Source: a virus
DNA length: 64,000 nucleotides
Reading direction: 5' to 3' (one strand)
IMG/VR virus record: IMGVR_UViG_3300036774_000066
Location: 1-64,000 of that record
The notes under the pieces are model-generated. The model was not told where the DNA came from. It did not search any database and saw only the letters and a program-made list of their open reading frames with translations. Below are positions 18,782-28,098 of this stretch, piece by piece; the stretch's first letter is position 1, and each line of letters opens with the position of its first letter. Position numbers and translations under genes: made by a program.

Positions 18782-18822
18782 AAGAAATCTCCTACTTGTC
18801 CAATTTGAGAGTAGAAACCCAC

Positions 18823-19500
18823 TTAATCTTCATCATAGTCACTACGAAACTTTTTCTTCCTCTCATCCCAATAATCATTTATGTAGTCCTCAATATCATG
18901 CATAGCATCTGAAAAGTCAGGATCATCCACAGATTTCTGACTGCTCAACGCTTTCCTAATAAAAGCCTTCACTTTCTTCATATCTCCAAAATCTTTTACA
19001 AGCCTCTTCGCCACAGATTCATAATTCTGTAACCCATAAGAAGATTTTTTCATGTACTTATCTTCAATGGGCGTGTAAGACTCTTCTGACTTCTTTTTCT
19101 CTGCCTTCTCAACATAGCTATCTATAAAAGAAACAATTTTCTTTACAGCAGATAACAAGTCCTCTTGGGTAAAAGAGATGTTATCTATTTCCTTCAGGGC
19201 ACCTTTCCCTGAATCTTCTATGATACAGTTAATCCTAAAAGTATCTTCCTTCGGTTTATGTTCAGTTGTGCTATGAACTACCAAATCCCAATCAAACCTA
19301 ATTCTCCACTTACCCTTTGTAGCGTCAGGTCTACCTCCCCAACTACTTGAATTAACTTTCCAACCAAGACCCTTCAAATAATCAAAGGACGGCTTTAAGT
19401 AAGGAAGAATAGTACGTTTATCATCCTTTACCTCATACAAATCAACCAAAAGACCCTTAGAAACTGCTTCGTCTAAAAACAAATCTGATTGACGGCTCAT
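18823..19500 (-). CDS. putative internal head protein with double leader
   Basis: MSRQSDLFLDEAVSK-GLLVDLYE. Confidence 0.6.
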   Translation of the reverse strand: MSRQSDLFLDEAVSKGLLVDLYEVKDDKRTILPYLKPSFDYLKGLGWKVNSSSWGGRPDATKGKWRIRFDWDLVVHSTTEHKPKEDTFRINCIIEDSGKGALKEIDNISFTQEDLLSAVKKIVSFIDSYVEKAEKKKSEESYTPIEDKYMKKSSYGLQNYESVAKRLVKDFGDMKKVKAFIRKALSSQKSVDDPDFSDAMHDIEDYINDYWDERKKKFRSDYDED

Positions 19501-19516
19501 ACAGAACTCCTCATGC

Positions 19517-19723
19517 TTATTTTGAAAGCATTGCTTGTATCTCTTTTGCTGACATCAGGGTTACTTTACCCTTCCCGATAACATTGTAATGCGTCTCTCC
19601 ATCAATAACCTGAGAAGAACTAAAGTCAATCTTCATTCCACGCTTCTGCAACAAATCTTGAGCCTTATCAAGAGTCAGCCGTGAGCGAGGACCAACCTCA
19701 TAAATTTTCCTAAGTAAACTCAC
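19517..19723 (-). CDS. LLxxhYE-leader protein (GTG start)
   Basis: (M)SLLRKIYE. Confidence 0.6.
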   Translation of the reverse strand: MSLLRKIYEVGPRSRLTLDKAQDLLQKRGMKIDFSSSQVIDGETHYNVIGKGKVTLMSAKEIQAMLSK

Positions 19724-19724
19724 C

Positions 19725-20003
19725 CTATTTATCCAGTTTGAGAGTGGAAACCCACTGCGCCAACTGGTCACTACTCATAAGGGGAGAACTCTTTATCATC
19801 TTCTTCTTTCCCTTTGGAATTATCTTATATCCAGGGGCACCAGCAGCATCTACAGGCTTAATCATGAATGCATTTCCAGCATCCGTCTTTACATTCACAC
19901 TCTTATATGACATAAGAGCATCAAATATCTCTGCGGCATCACCAGACAAATCATAGTCTTTTGCAGTAGGTCTTGACTCGTACATTTTCCTAAGTAAACT
20001 CAT
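19725..20003 (-). CDS. LLxxhYE-leader protein
   Basis: MSLLRKMYE. Confidence 0.6.
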   Translation of the reverse strand: MSLLRKMYESRPTAKDYDLSGDAAEIFDALMSYKSVNVKTDAGNAFMIKPVDAAGAPGYKIIPKGKKKMIKSSPLMSSDQLAQWVSTLKLDK

Positions 20004-20013
20004 TACGCACCTC

Positions 20014-20301
20014 CTACGCCATAGCCACAGCCGCGCCTCTTCTTGCCCTTGCATCTGCAAATTCCTGACGCATATCAGCTAACCGTGTCTTAGCCTCATC
20101 ATAACTTCTTGCCAAAAAGGTAGACTTTGTTATTCTATCTGTAAACGTAAATTGCTTTAGGTCTTCCCACCAGCCATTGAAAATAACACCCAACTTATCA
20201 GCAATACTCTTTCCTTGCTTCCTAAGATCATCAGGAAGAAGGGACTCCTCAATAAACCCAAAGTCAGTACCCGTCTCGTACATATCCCTAAGTAAAGTCA
20301 T
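20014..20301 (-). CDS. LLxxhYE-leader protein
   Basis: MTLLRDMYE. Confidence 0.6.
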   Translation of the reverse strand: MTLLRDMYETGTDFGFIEESLLPDDLRKQGKSIADKLGVIFNGWWEDLKQFTFTDRITKSTFLARSYDEAKTRLADMRQEFADARARRGAAVAMA

Positions 20302-20956
20302 ACACTTTCCATTCAGGATTTTTGCCTTCAAAATCAGTAACCAACCTTATTTTTCTCCAATCCCCACGCCTTGAAATATTGTTCGCTTCAATCACAATTC
20401 CTTTAGGGTCACGAGGAGTTAGCTTCTTAGGCTCCACAGTCACGTAGTAACTAACAGTCTCAGAATCTTTATTGTGCGGAATAGTCTGTGATTTTCCAAT
20501 AGATAGTATCTTATCCCATTTACTCTTTATTATTGGTAAAGCATATTTTAGTAGATCAACCATCACTTTCTTTACTTGTGAAACTGACAACGGCTCATAC
20601 TGTTCCACCGTTGTCTTCCCATACGGCGCATACGCCGATCCACCAAGCCCCACTGACGTTGTACCTGTTCCCACAAACCCACTCTTTTGTTTGTCTGCTT
20701 GACTATAATCAAATCCGGCAACTTTCTTAGAAAAATCTGTTCTTTTTCCATCACTATAAGCCGAAACTATCTTCCCATCCTTACCTCTTGCCGAAGAAAC
20801 AGCATACGTCCCATCCTGAAACTCATAGACATAAACATCCTTAACAAAACCAACACTTGACTCCCTTGCCTTAGAATCAGCATCGTTCTTATTCTTGAAT
20901 CCTGTCAAGAACAATTCAGAACCAGCAGCCTCGTATATGTCAACAAGAACACCCAA
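20288..20956 (-). CDS. leader-bearing protein (TTG start inferred after an AGGAG RBS)
   Basis: (M)GVLVDIYE; the longer track ORF overlaps a terminator. Confidence 0.55.
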   Translation of the reverse strand: MGVLVDIYEAAGSELFLTGFKNKNDADSKARESSVGFVKDVYVYEFQDGTYAVSSARGKDGKIVSAYSDGKRTDFSKKVAGFDYSQADKQKSGFVGTGTTSVGLGGSAYAPYGKTTVEQYEPLSVSQVKKVMVDLLKYALPIIKSKWDKILSIGKSQTIPHNKDSETVSYYVTVEPKKLTPRDPKGIVIEANNISRRGDWRKIRLVTDFEGKNPEWKVYDFT

Positions 20957-20975
20957 ACTATCTTTCTCCTGTTTG

Positions 20976-21005
20976 AAAAGCAGGGCACGTCTCCGCACCC
21001 TGCTT
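20976..21005 (-). terminator. intrinsic terminator
   Basis: AAGCAGGG...CCCTGCTT stem, T run on the minus strand. Confidence 0.6.
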
Positions 21006-21278
21006 CAATATCCCCCTTGCCCGGAACCTTATTGCCCCAGACAGTTACGGATTGATCTTGATTGCACCTGACGCAGCTATCGCAGCCTGCAAGGTATTCA
21101 TAGCATCCGTTACGTCAGAAGCCAATCCCTGCACCGCGCCAAGAGTCAACGTGCTGATCGAAACAGTCACCATGTCAACCCCAACAGCACTGTCAATCAA
21201 CTGTGTCTTGGTGTAATCATTCGCTTCCTTGACACTCGGGTATAGTCCTCCAGCCATAGAAGCCTCCTCAGTTAAAGT

Positions 21279-21671
21279 TTACTTTGGCTCAATCTCTTCC
21301 CATTCCCCAGACTTCTTCAAGGCATCCATAACTGATCTTGCTTTCGCAGACAGTTTTGGGTTTTGCTTTACATTCCAACGCTCTATGTTCATTATGGCTT
21401 TCGCCATTGCAGACTTCCCCTTACTCTTAGCAATCTTGATGAAATGGGAAACCAAATCCTTCACACCCCACTCATCCCATGCACCATCCGGCAACTCAGT
21501 AATACCCGGATGTTTTGACTTAACCATTACCTTCTCAGAAAGAGTAGGCTCTTCTGAAAGATCAAACTTTCCCCAAACATCAACAAGAGAATCAAGACAC
21601 TCAAGAAGTTTCTTGATGTAACCAGAGCCACACTCTCGAATTACTTTTGCTCTTGTAGAAAATCGGGACAT
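21279..21671 (-). CDS. hypothetical head-region protein
   Basis: 130-aa ORF in the head operon. Confidence 0.55.
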   Translation of the reverse strand: MSRFSTRAKVIRECGSGYIKKLLECLDSLVDVWGKFDLSEEPTLSEKVMVKSKHPGITELPDGAWDEWGVKDLVSHFIKIAKSKGKSAMAKAIMNIERWNVKQNPKLSAKARSVMDALKKSGEWEEIEPK

Positions 21672-21755
21672 AACACTTTCCTGTCCTGCAAATATAAAAA
21701 TAGGCTACCAAGGAATTGCACAAAGTCAACTCCTTAATAGCCCAAAACCACCTCC

Positions 21756-22232
21756 CTAATCCTTGTCGTCTTCCCCGCCCTCATCGTCTTCCCCGCCCTC
21801 ATCGTCTTCCCCGCCCTCATCGTCAGAACCTTCCCCTGCTGTCCAATCCACATACTTCCCCATCATCTCAACTGCGGCAGCTTCGACCTCTTCAATCGTT
21901 TCAACGCTTACGCCCTCGTCAACATCATCTCCAGAGTTTGCATCAACAGCGTAAACGTCAACTGCCCCTTCATACGCTTCAATGATGATGGAAATATCCT
22001 CAGACGAATCTGAGAACAGCACCAAGAAAGGCTCTTCCCCGTCATCGCGATCCCCAACAGACCAACCATTTTCAGTAGCCAAACCTTCCGCTTTGTCAAA
22101 CCACTCTACCAAAGCATCGGCCTCAAGCTGCTCACATACGCCCTCTTTGGGTTTCTTCTTTTTCGCTTCGTCAAGAATGTCAGAAGGTTGCCCTCCTGCA
22201 TCCTCGTATATATCAGAAAACAAGGATGACAT
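21756..22232 (-). CDS. very acidic head-region protein with leader
   Basis: MSSLFSDIYE; C-terminal (DDEGGE)x3 from an 18-bp tandem repeat at ~21766-21824. Confidence 0.6.
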   Translation of the reverse strand: MSSLFSDIYEDAGGQPSDILDEAKKKKPKEGVCEQLEADALVEWFDKAEGLATENGWSVGDRDDGEEPFLVLFSDSSEDISIIIEAYEGAVDVYAVDANSGDDVDEGVSVETIEEVEAAAVEMMGKYVDWTAGEGSDDEGGEDDEGGEDDEGGEDDKD

Positions 22233-22640
22233 AACTTCCTCCGTTGGCAGATTTTGAGTCAGGTGAGAGTAGAATTTTCCTTCAACCACACTAACGCTTT
22301 ACCGGGGGAGACAGTCATCATTTCCTGAAACTTGCGTGCAAACTCTTCTATCCCAATATCTTTAGGGGCAACATGAAAAGAACGGCCACTTACCTTCCAA
22401 AGTAAATGACCGTCCTGAATCTCCATGCCCGCAAGGGAAAGTCCCTCTGCTTCAGCAATCTCTTTTGTTAATCCTCTGATAGCTTCGTACCATTCGTTAG
22501 AAATTTGTCCTGTTTCTCTCTCAAGAAATAGACAAATTTCGCGAACGATCCATGAGTCATCATTGGCTTTTGGATTGCCTTTACGGGATGCAATGATCGT
22601 TGCACGCTTGGACAGGTTCACAACTCTCTCCCAAACGAGG

Positions 22641-22676
22641 TGAAGGGAACTTGAACCGTCGCTCAAGTTCCCTTCA
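22641..22676. promoter_or_regulatory. perfect 14-bp hairpin without a U tract
   Basis: TGAAGGGAACTTGA-accgtcgc-TCAAGTTCCCTTCA. Confidence 0.6.
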
Positions 22677-22685
22677 TGTTCCTAA

Positions 22686-23387
22686 TCAGTCTTCGCTACC
22701 TTCACCGCTCTCACTGCCAACTTCTTCAGCAACTTCGTCAAGATACTCACAGTACGAGTCAAGATACTCCTCGTCCCGTTCGTCAATCTTTCCCTTCTTG
22801 TCACCTTCACGCGCCATTACAGACTCAACAACCTGCATAACAGGGGCAATATCGTTCAGGACAATTGCGTACAACTCGTCACTCTCCAAACCATCAGCGA
22901 CACACTCATTGAGGTGAACCATCAGGTTATCCTTGATGTCCTGATAGCCCTCATCCGTGAGTACCATGCTCTCAGCAGACATAACATCTTCCAAAACCGA
23001 TCTTACCTTGTCAATTGCACTCTCGCCATAACGACGTTTGCGGGTCTTCAGGGCACGCTTCGCCCGGAGACGCAGCTTGGACTTCGGAGTACGCCGCATT
23101 GCCTTCTTCACTGCACGCGCAAGAGCACGGCTCTTGTAAATGCCACGCCCACGACGACGAGCAGCAAGACGACGCTTCCGACGCTCAGAGGCAGTCGGCT
23201 TACGCCCCAACGCCTCATCCAGACCGTCCGACCCTTCATCCATCCGGCCCGCGCCTGCATCCGCTCCTGCACCCGCTCCTACACCCACACCCGCGCCTGC
23301 ATCCACACCCGCGCCCGCGCGTGCATTGGCAAGGGACTCAAGAATCGCGGCTTCCGTAGACTTTCCACTCATACAAGTATCCTCCAT
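22686..23387 (-). CDS. prohead core protein-like (T4 gp67/gp68-like)
   Basis: Arg/Lys-rich helix between LDEA and YGES, acidic C-terminus, position downstream of the portal. Confidence 0.5.
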   Translation of the reverse strand: MEDTCMSGKSTEAAILESLANARAGAGVDAGAGVGVGAGAGADAGAGRMDEGSDGLDEALGRKPTASERRKRRLAARRRGRGIYKSRALARAVKKAMRRTPKSKLRLRAKRALKTRKRRYGESAIDKVRSVLEDVMSAESMVLTDEGYQDIKDNLMVHLNECVADGLESDELYAIVLNDIAPVMQVVESVMAREGDKKGKIDERDEEYLDSYCEYLDEVAEEVGSESGEGSED

Positions 23388-23405
23388 GAAAAGGGTTTTT
23401 GAAAA

Positions 23406-25883
23406 CTACTTTCGATCTTCGGCACTCAGAAAGACACCCTTCAAGAAATTCACGGCACCAACTTTCCGTCCTTCAAAAAGATTGCCCATCTTCTCATAAG
23501 TTAATGACCTAAAAACATTGAGAGATGGAACCCTTCTGAGGTCATTTTCTTTGACCACCCTACTGAGGCAGGAACTAAAAGCAAGAACCGCTTTGTTGAA
23601 GTCAAGATTCTCAGGCAAAAGTTTCCGAATATTCTTATGCAAATCTGTCCGCTTGACTACTTCCATTCGCAAATTATCAAGTATATCAGCAGACAAAACC
23701 TTCTTAGCTACGTCCTCGTAATACTCAGGGGTTGCCTGTTCACAAACATCAACAGGGGTCAAACTTCTATCATACATTTCAGTGATAAACGCAGAAATCT
23801 CTTCATGGTCCTTCTGAGACAAAGAAAGATTCCTTGCTCGCATGGTATTCAAAGCGGCGTAAAAATCTGGATACAACTCGACTAATCGAGTATATAGAGA
23901 CTTACACAAATTACTCTCAGACAGTTTGTCAATTTCAACCAATAAAGGACTAATAGCACAAAGAGTAGCATCATCAAGTTTTGAAAACTCTTCAGCAACA
24001 TCCTTCAAATTCAAGACATATTTCTTTACATTTGCTACAAGAGTAGTCTTATCAGCACTTCCAAACTTATGTATCAAAGCATTCTCAATAATAGCTGGAA
24101 TATTTGGATTCCTTGTCAACAAGGCTTCCGCAATCTCCATCCCACGGAACTCTACTCCAAATCGTTTACAAGACTCAGTTAGTTTCTCACTAACCTTATC
24201 GTGATTATCTTCATTGATAGGAGTACCATTCAAAAGATTCAATACTTCAACAACAGCAGAGTCATAAGGAACACATTCTTCCGCTTGTAAAGAAGAAAAT
24301 CCACACCGACCACACTTCCCACCACCAAACCCTTCCCCACCGCAGCGAGGACACATCATACCTCTCACACCGTTTCCAGAGGAAAGAACCTGCTCAAGGT
24401 CATACCCACACTCAATACAATGCTTCGGGTAACGTCCGCGATACTTCGGAATAAGCATCCCACAAACAGGACACTGACTCTTGTACTTTATCTTGTCAAA
24501 AGCAGATTGCATCCCCGGAGTCATACCATTGCCCTGCTCATCAACAGAATCAAAAGCCGCTTCATCAGCATCCTCAAAGACCTGCTCATTCTTTTCTTTT
24601 TTAAGAGCATTCAAAATCTCAGAATTTTCAATGTACGCAGTAAAACGATTAGTCTTAATACTTGTCACAACACAGTAACTCTTGTCTCCCATCACTTTCT
24701 CAATTACCCAATCCTGACCAATATACTTAAACTTCTGCCCAACCTTTACTCCGCTGCTCTCGTCAAGTGCCTGCTCATCCGTCTCAGGGACATCCTCACC
24801 GTGGCTCGCAAGTGCTCTCTGAAAACGATCTGCTTTCTTTGCACACTCTTTACACAGTACACCAACATTCTTGTCAACAGCAAATCCAGGCTTACCACAC
24901 TTCACACATTTCTTATCAGAGGCTTCTTCGATCTGTTCCCAATTCATATTATTTGCAATGTACTGAGTGTAAAGACTATTCACTGCCTTCATATCTGAAA
25001 TATCAAACTGCTGAGAAAACTGAATCAGCGTCTTACTCAAGGTCAAGTCTTGATGGTCCTTAAACCAATCAAACATTTTTCGAGTAATATTCACACCAGA
25101 TTCATTTACTTGCTCCACTTTCTTATCCATTGGAATAACAGCATCAATTCTTATTCCCGTAGGAGGTCTTTCCCTTTTAGCAATGAAACAAAACCCCTTA
25201 TTATGTGGGTCTTTCCACGAAATAATACCCTTTGGCAACCTGCCTATCAACCCTTCCATTGTCTTACACGACACTGAATATGTGTCACCATCCTCAAGAT
25301 TCTTAATCATCTGATCCAAGTCAGCAACAGCCTCAAGCACAATAACCTTACCCATATTTTCTTCCTTTACTGGCGGCATATTTGCCCCTAACGTATCACC
25401 ACACTCCGGGCAAAACTTGGGATACCTACCAGGGTATGCCGGAATAACAAAACCACATCCCTCACACTTCCTCCAAACCTTACCCTTAGAGATATGCCCA
25501 TTTACAGCCTTGCCCATCCCCGGAGTCATCTGCTCATTCAACTTATCAAGAACAATCTCAGCTACTTGACAAATAGTAGCAGCCTCATTGGTTGAAACAC
25601 CAGAGGTCATGTACTTTCGGAAAAGGGAATCAAGAAAAATTCCCAAATCGGAAATACCGGAAACGGTATCCTTATTTGTTCCCTTGACTTTCTTCAGCAA
25701 GTCAAGGATACCCTTAGAAACTTCTTTGGCTTGGGCTTTTACTTCGGAGGGAAAATCGACAACAAAATCTCCAAGTGCCTTTAGAAATTCGGCACCCTTT
25801 TCAAGATCGGAGATTGACTGAACATACTTGGAAGGAATCGTCTGGGAAACAGCATCCTCAAACACGGTGCGCGTTGCGGACAT
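23406..25883 (-). CDS. 825-aa head-region protein with multiple Zn ribbons
   Basis: CEGCG..YPGRYPKFCPECG and CPVCG..YRGRYPKHCIECG, plus CVKC/CKEC and CPRC/CGRC. Confidence 0.6.
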   Translation of the reverse strand: MSATRTVFEDAVSQTIPSKYVQSISDLEKGAEFLKALGDFVVDFPSEVKAQAKEVSKGILDLLKKVKGTNKDTVSGISDLGIFLDSLFRKYMTSGVSTNEAATICQVAEIVLDKLNEQMTPGMGKAVNGHISKGKVWRKCEGCGFVIPAYPGRYPKFCPECGDTLGANMPPVKEENMGKVIVLEAVADLDQMIKNLEDGDTYSVSCKTMEGLIGRLPKGIISWKDPHNKGFCFIAKRERPPTGIRIDAVIPMDKKVEQVNESGVNITRKMFDWFKDHQDLTLSKTLIQFSQQFDISDMKAVNSLYTQYIANNMNWEQIEEASDKKCVKCGKPGFAVDKNVGVLCKECAKKADRFQRALASHGEDVPETDEQALDESSGVKVGQKFKYIGQDWVIEKVMGDKSYCVVTSIKTNRFTAYIENSEILNALKKEKNEQVFEDADEAAFDSVDEQGNGMTPGMQSAFDKIKYKSQCPVCGMLIPKYRGRYPKHCIECGYDLEQVLSSGNGVRGMMCPRCGGEGFGGGKCGRCGFSSLQAEECVPYDSAVVEVLNLLNGTPINEDNHDKVSEKLTESCKRFGVEFRGMEIAEALLTRNPNIPAIIENALIHKFGSADKTTLVANVKKYVLNLKDVAEEFSKLDDATLCAISPLLVEIDKLSESNLCKSLYTRLVELYPDFYAALNTMRARNLSLSQKDHEEISAFITEMYDRSLTPVDVCEQATPEYYEDVAKKVLSADILDNLRMEVVKRTDLHKNIRKLLPENLDFNKAVLAFSSCLSRVVKENDLRRVPSLNVFRSLTYEKMGNLFEGRKVGAVNFLKGVFLSAEDRK

Positions 25884-27822
25884 AAATTCTCTTTGCCCTT
25901 TCCTGTAATGCAGGAATCTTCAAGTCCCTATGGGAAGGACGGACCTGATCTGTAATCCAAAATCCTTGGCCCACAAGGTTTCGGATTTTATTGGCTCTGT
26001 CTTTGGCAATACCGTTGCCATTACCGTTGGAGCCATTACCTTCCTCTTGTAGTGTATCAAAATCTAAATCCTCTGTCCCTTCACCTTCCTTGGCACCAAA
26101 AGCAGAACTCGAAGTACCCGTGACCGCTCCCGGCAACACTGCCTTTTTCTTGACTACCCTCTTAAACAACTTATCAAGGTCCAAATCAGGAAATGCAAAT
26201 AGCTGTTTGAAAATGTACTCAAGATAAACTGCCTTATCAACGATCCCTTCCATCTCACCAGACAATCCAAGCATGGAGGTAGCAATACCAATCTTTCTCT
26301 CCATGTATTCCAGACGCGAATCCTCTTCCGCAGACGAAATAGGAACCATCCCAATTGTCAAATCTTCAACACTGATATTCTGACCGTACTTATACGACAA
26401 GTGAATTTGGAACAGACGATACATGCCTTCAATCAAAGCCCTCTGTACTTTCTTGACCATACGGGCATATCGTATGTCAAGACGGGTAAGTGTTTGTGAA
26501 CCTGCAAACCCCGGTATTGACTCGGACATTCCTAAAAATGCCCCAGGTATTCTTATGGCTGCAAGCAACTTGTCTCGAATATACTCAATGTCAACAATGT
26601 CCTTGATATTCACATCACCGCCAACAGTCTCAACCCGCATGTCTCCTTTTGTGCCAGTGTAAGGAATGAAAACTTCATCGTTGTACTGCAAAGGATTGTA
26701 CTTCATCCGATAGAAATTCACCGGAATATCAATTGCCTTCTTCTGCATGAATTTCTGCTCAAGGTCACGGATAAGTTCTTTTCTTTCGTCCTTTGTCATC
26801 CCTTCCGTATTGACATAAAAAACTCGAATCAAAGGGGAACGAGCCAAACGCGCAAGGGCAAGGGATACTTCCAACAAGTTCAAGATACGGTAGATCAATC
26901 TTGCATTCTGTAAAACTGAAGTACCGTACATGGAAGTAAGAATCCGCTCAACCATCTTTCTCTGACCCGGCGCAATTCCTCCCCCCGGCTGTCTATTCAT
27001 GTCAATCATGTGACGAGAGGGAGACTTCTGAGGATCACCTGCATCTACGTCATAAGTAGCCTTGTCATACGGGGCAGTGTCTCTTGTTTTATCTCCATAC
27101 TCCGCAGGCTGTCCATCTTCATCTGGCTTCTTCCCATTTTCCGACTTCTTGACAGAATCTTCCCAAAGTTTCACCTTTACAGATTCAAAATTGGGTTTGA
27201 AATTGTTGATAAAATGGACATACCCAGACGAATCCATTATCTCTTCTTTACGTGTGGAAGTATCCTTCTTAATAAAGCAAGCAAGTTTTCCATCAATGTC
27301 AACACGGTATACACTCTTCGGATGCTCAGACTCACGAATATTGGATATTCCAACTCCCTGCTCAGGGAATACCCTCAAAAAGAAATCCCCGTACTTAGCA
27401 ATGTTGTATGTCCATCCCCAGACTTTATTCTCAAAATCAATCATTGACAAAAACTCATGCAACTCCTCTTGATACTTGTGCTTCCCACCAACTCCACCAA
27501 CCCACAAAGTCGCATTCATCTCATGCGAATACTGTGTCGCATCGTCCACAATCAACTCAAGGGCAGAGGAAATAATCGGGTCTTCTTCCATCTGGTCATA
27601 ATCTGAATACCGAGATTCACGGTCTTTCTCCAATCGCGTAGCCGCTGAAAATAGCTCCCACAATCTCCCCTCATTCATCAATACCTTAACAGTATCCGTT
27701 GCCTTATCGTCAACAACATAAACATCATTAGACCTTCCACCTTGGGCATCAGCCTGAAGTGCCTCAAGAATCATATTATCATTGACCCTTGAGTCACCCT
27801 TTTGAAATAAGCGAACTGACAT
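25858..27822 (-). CDS. portal protein, T4 gp20-like
   Basis: YSDYDQMEEDPIISSALELIVDDA, KYGDFF, RLARSPLIRVFYV, DIEYIRDKLLAAIRIP, DIRYARMV. Confidence 0.9.
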   Translation of the reverse strand: MSVRLFQKGDSRVNDNMILEALQADAQGGRSNDVYVVDDKATDTVKVLMNEGRLWELFSAATRLEKDRESRYSDYDQMEEDPIISSALELIVDDATQYSHEMNATLWVGGVGGKHKYQEELHEFLSMIDFENKVWGWTYNIAKYGDFFLRVFPEQGVGISNIRESEHPKSVYRVDIDGKLACFIKKDTSTRKEEIMDSSGYVHFINNFKPNFESVKVKLWEDSVKKSENGKKPDEDGQPAEYGDKTRDTAPYDKATYDVDAGDPQKSPSRHMIDMNRQPGGGIAPGQRKMVERILTSMYGTSVLQNARLIYRILNLLEVSLALARLARSPLIRVFYVNTEGMTKDERKELIRDLEQKFMQKKAIDIPVNFYRMKYNPLQYNDEVFIPYTGTKGDMRVETVGGDVNIKDIVDIEYIRDKLLAAIRIPGAFLGMSESIPGFAGSQTLTRLDIRYARMVKKVQRALIEGMYRLFQIHLSYKYGQNISVEDLTIGMVPISSAEEDSRLEYMERKIGIATSMLGLSGEMEGIVDKAVYLEYIFKQLFAFPDLDLDKLFKRVVKKKAVLPGAVTGTSSSAFGAKEGEGTEDLDFDTLQEEGNGSNGNGNGIAKDRANKIRNLVGQGFWITDQVRPSHRDLKIPALQERAKRIYVRNAHRV

Positions 27823-27855
27823 AGAAAGTCCTCTTTTTTGTTAGCTCAAATTAAC

Positions 27856-28089
27856 TTAACTAATAGGATTCAAATTCACACTCAACGTAGTGTCCAAGTA
27901 ATTCAAAACCCGAAGCATCGCACTCTGCTCAGAAAAGGTCAACAACATCGCACCACCAGCAATATTTATCAGCTTGATATTCAAATTTTCCACTTTGTAA
28001 GCAATCACATTATTCAAATCAACTCGCAAGCCGGACAAAATACTATTCTCTGCCTCGGAGTCAACAACTATCCTAACAAACTGTGCCAT
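27856..28089 (-). CDS. hypothetical protein
   Basis: GGAGG RBS; between terminase and portal. Confidence 0.55.
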   Translation of the reverse strand: MAQFVRIVVDSEAENSILSGLRVDLNNVIAYKVENLNIKLINIAGGAMLLTFSEQSAMLRVLNYLDTTLSVNLNPIS

Positions 28090-28098
28090 AACTGCCTC

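Noticed and set aside
23245-23325. (GA/GV)n repeat in the prohead core-like gene
   Set aside because: Ordinary low-complexity linker, in frame.
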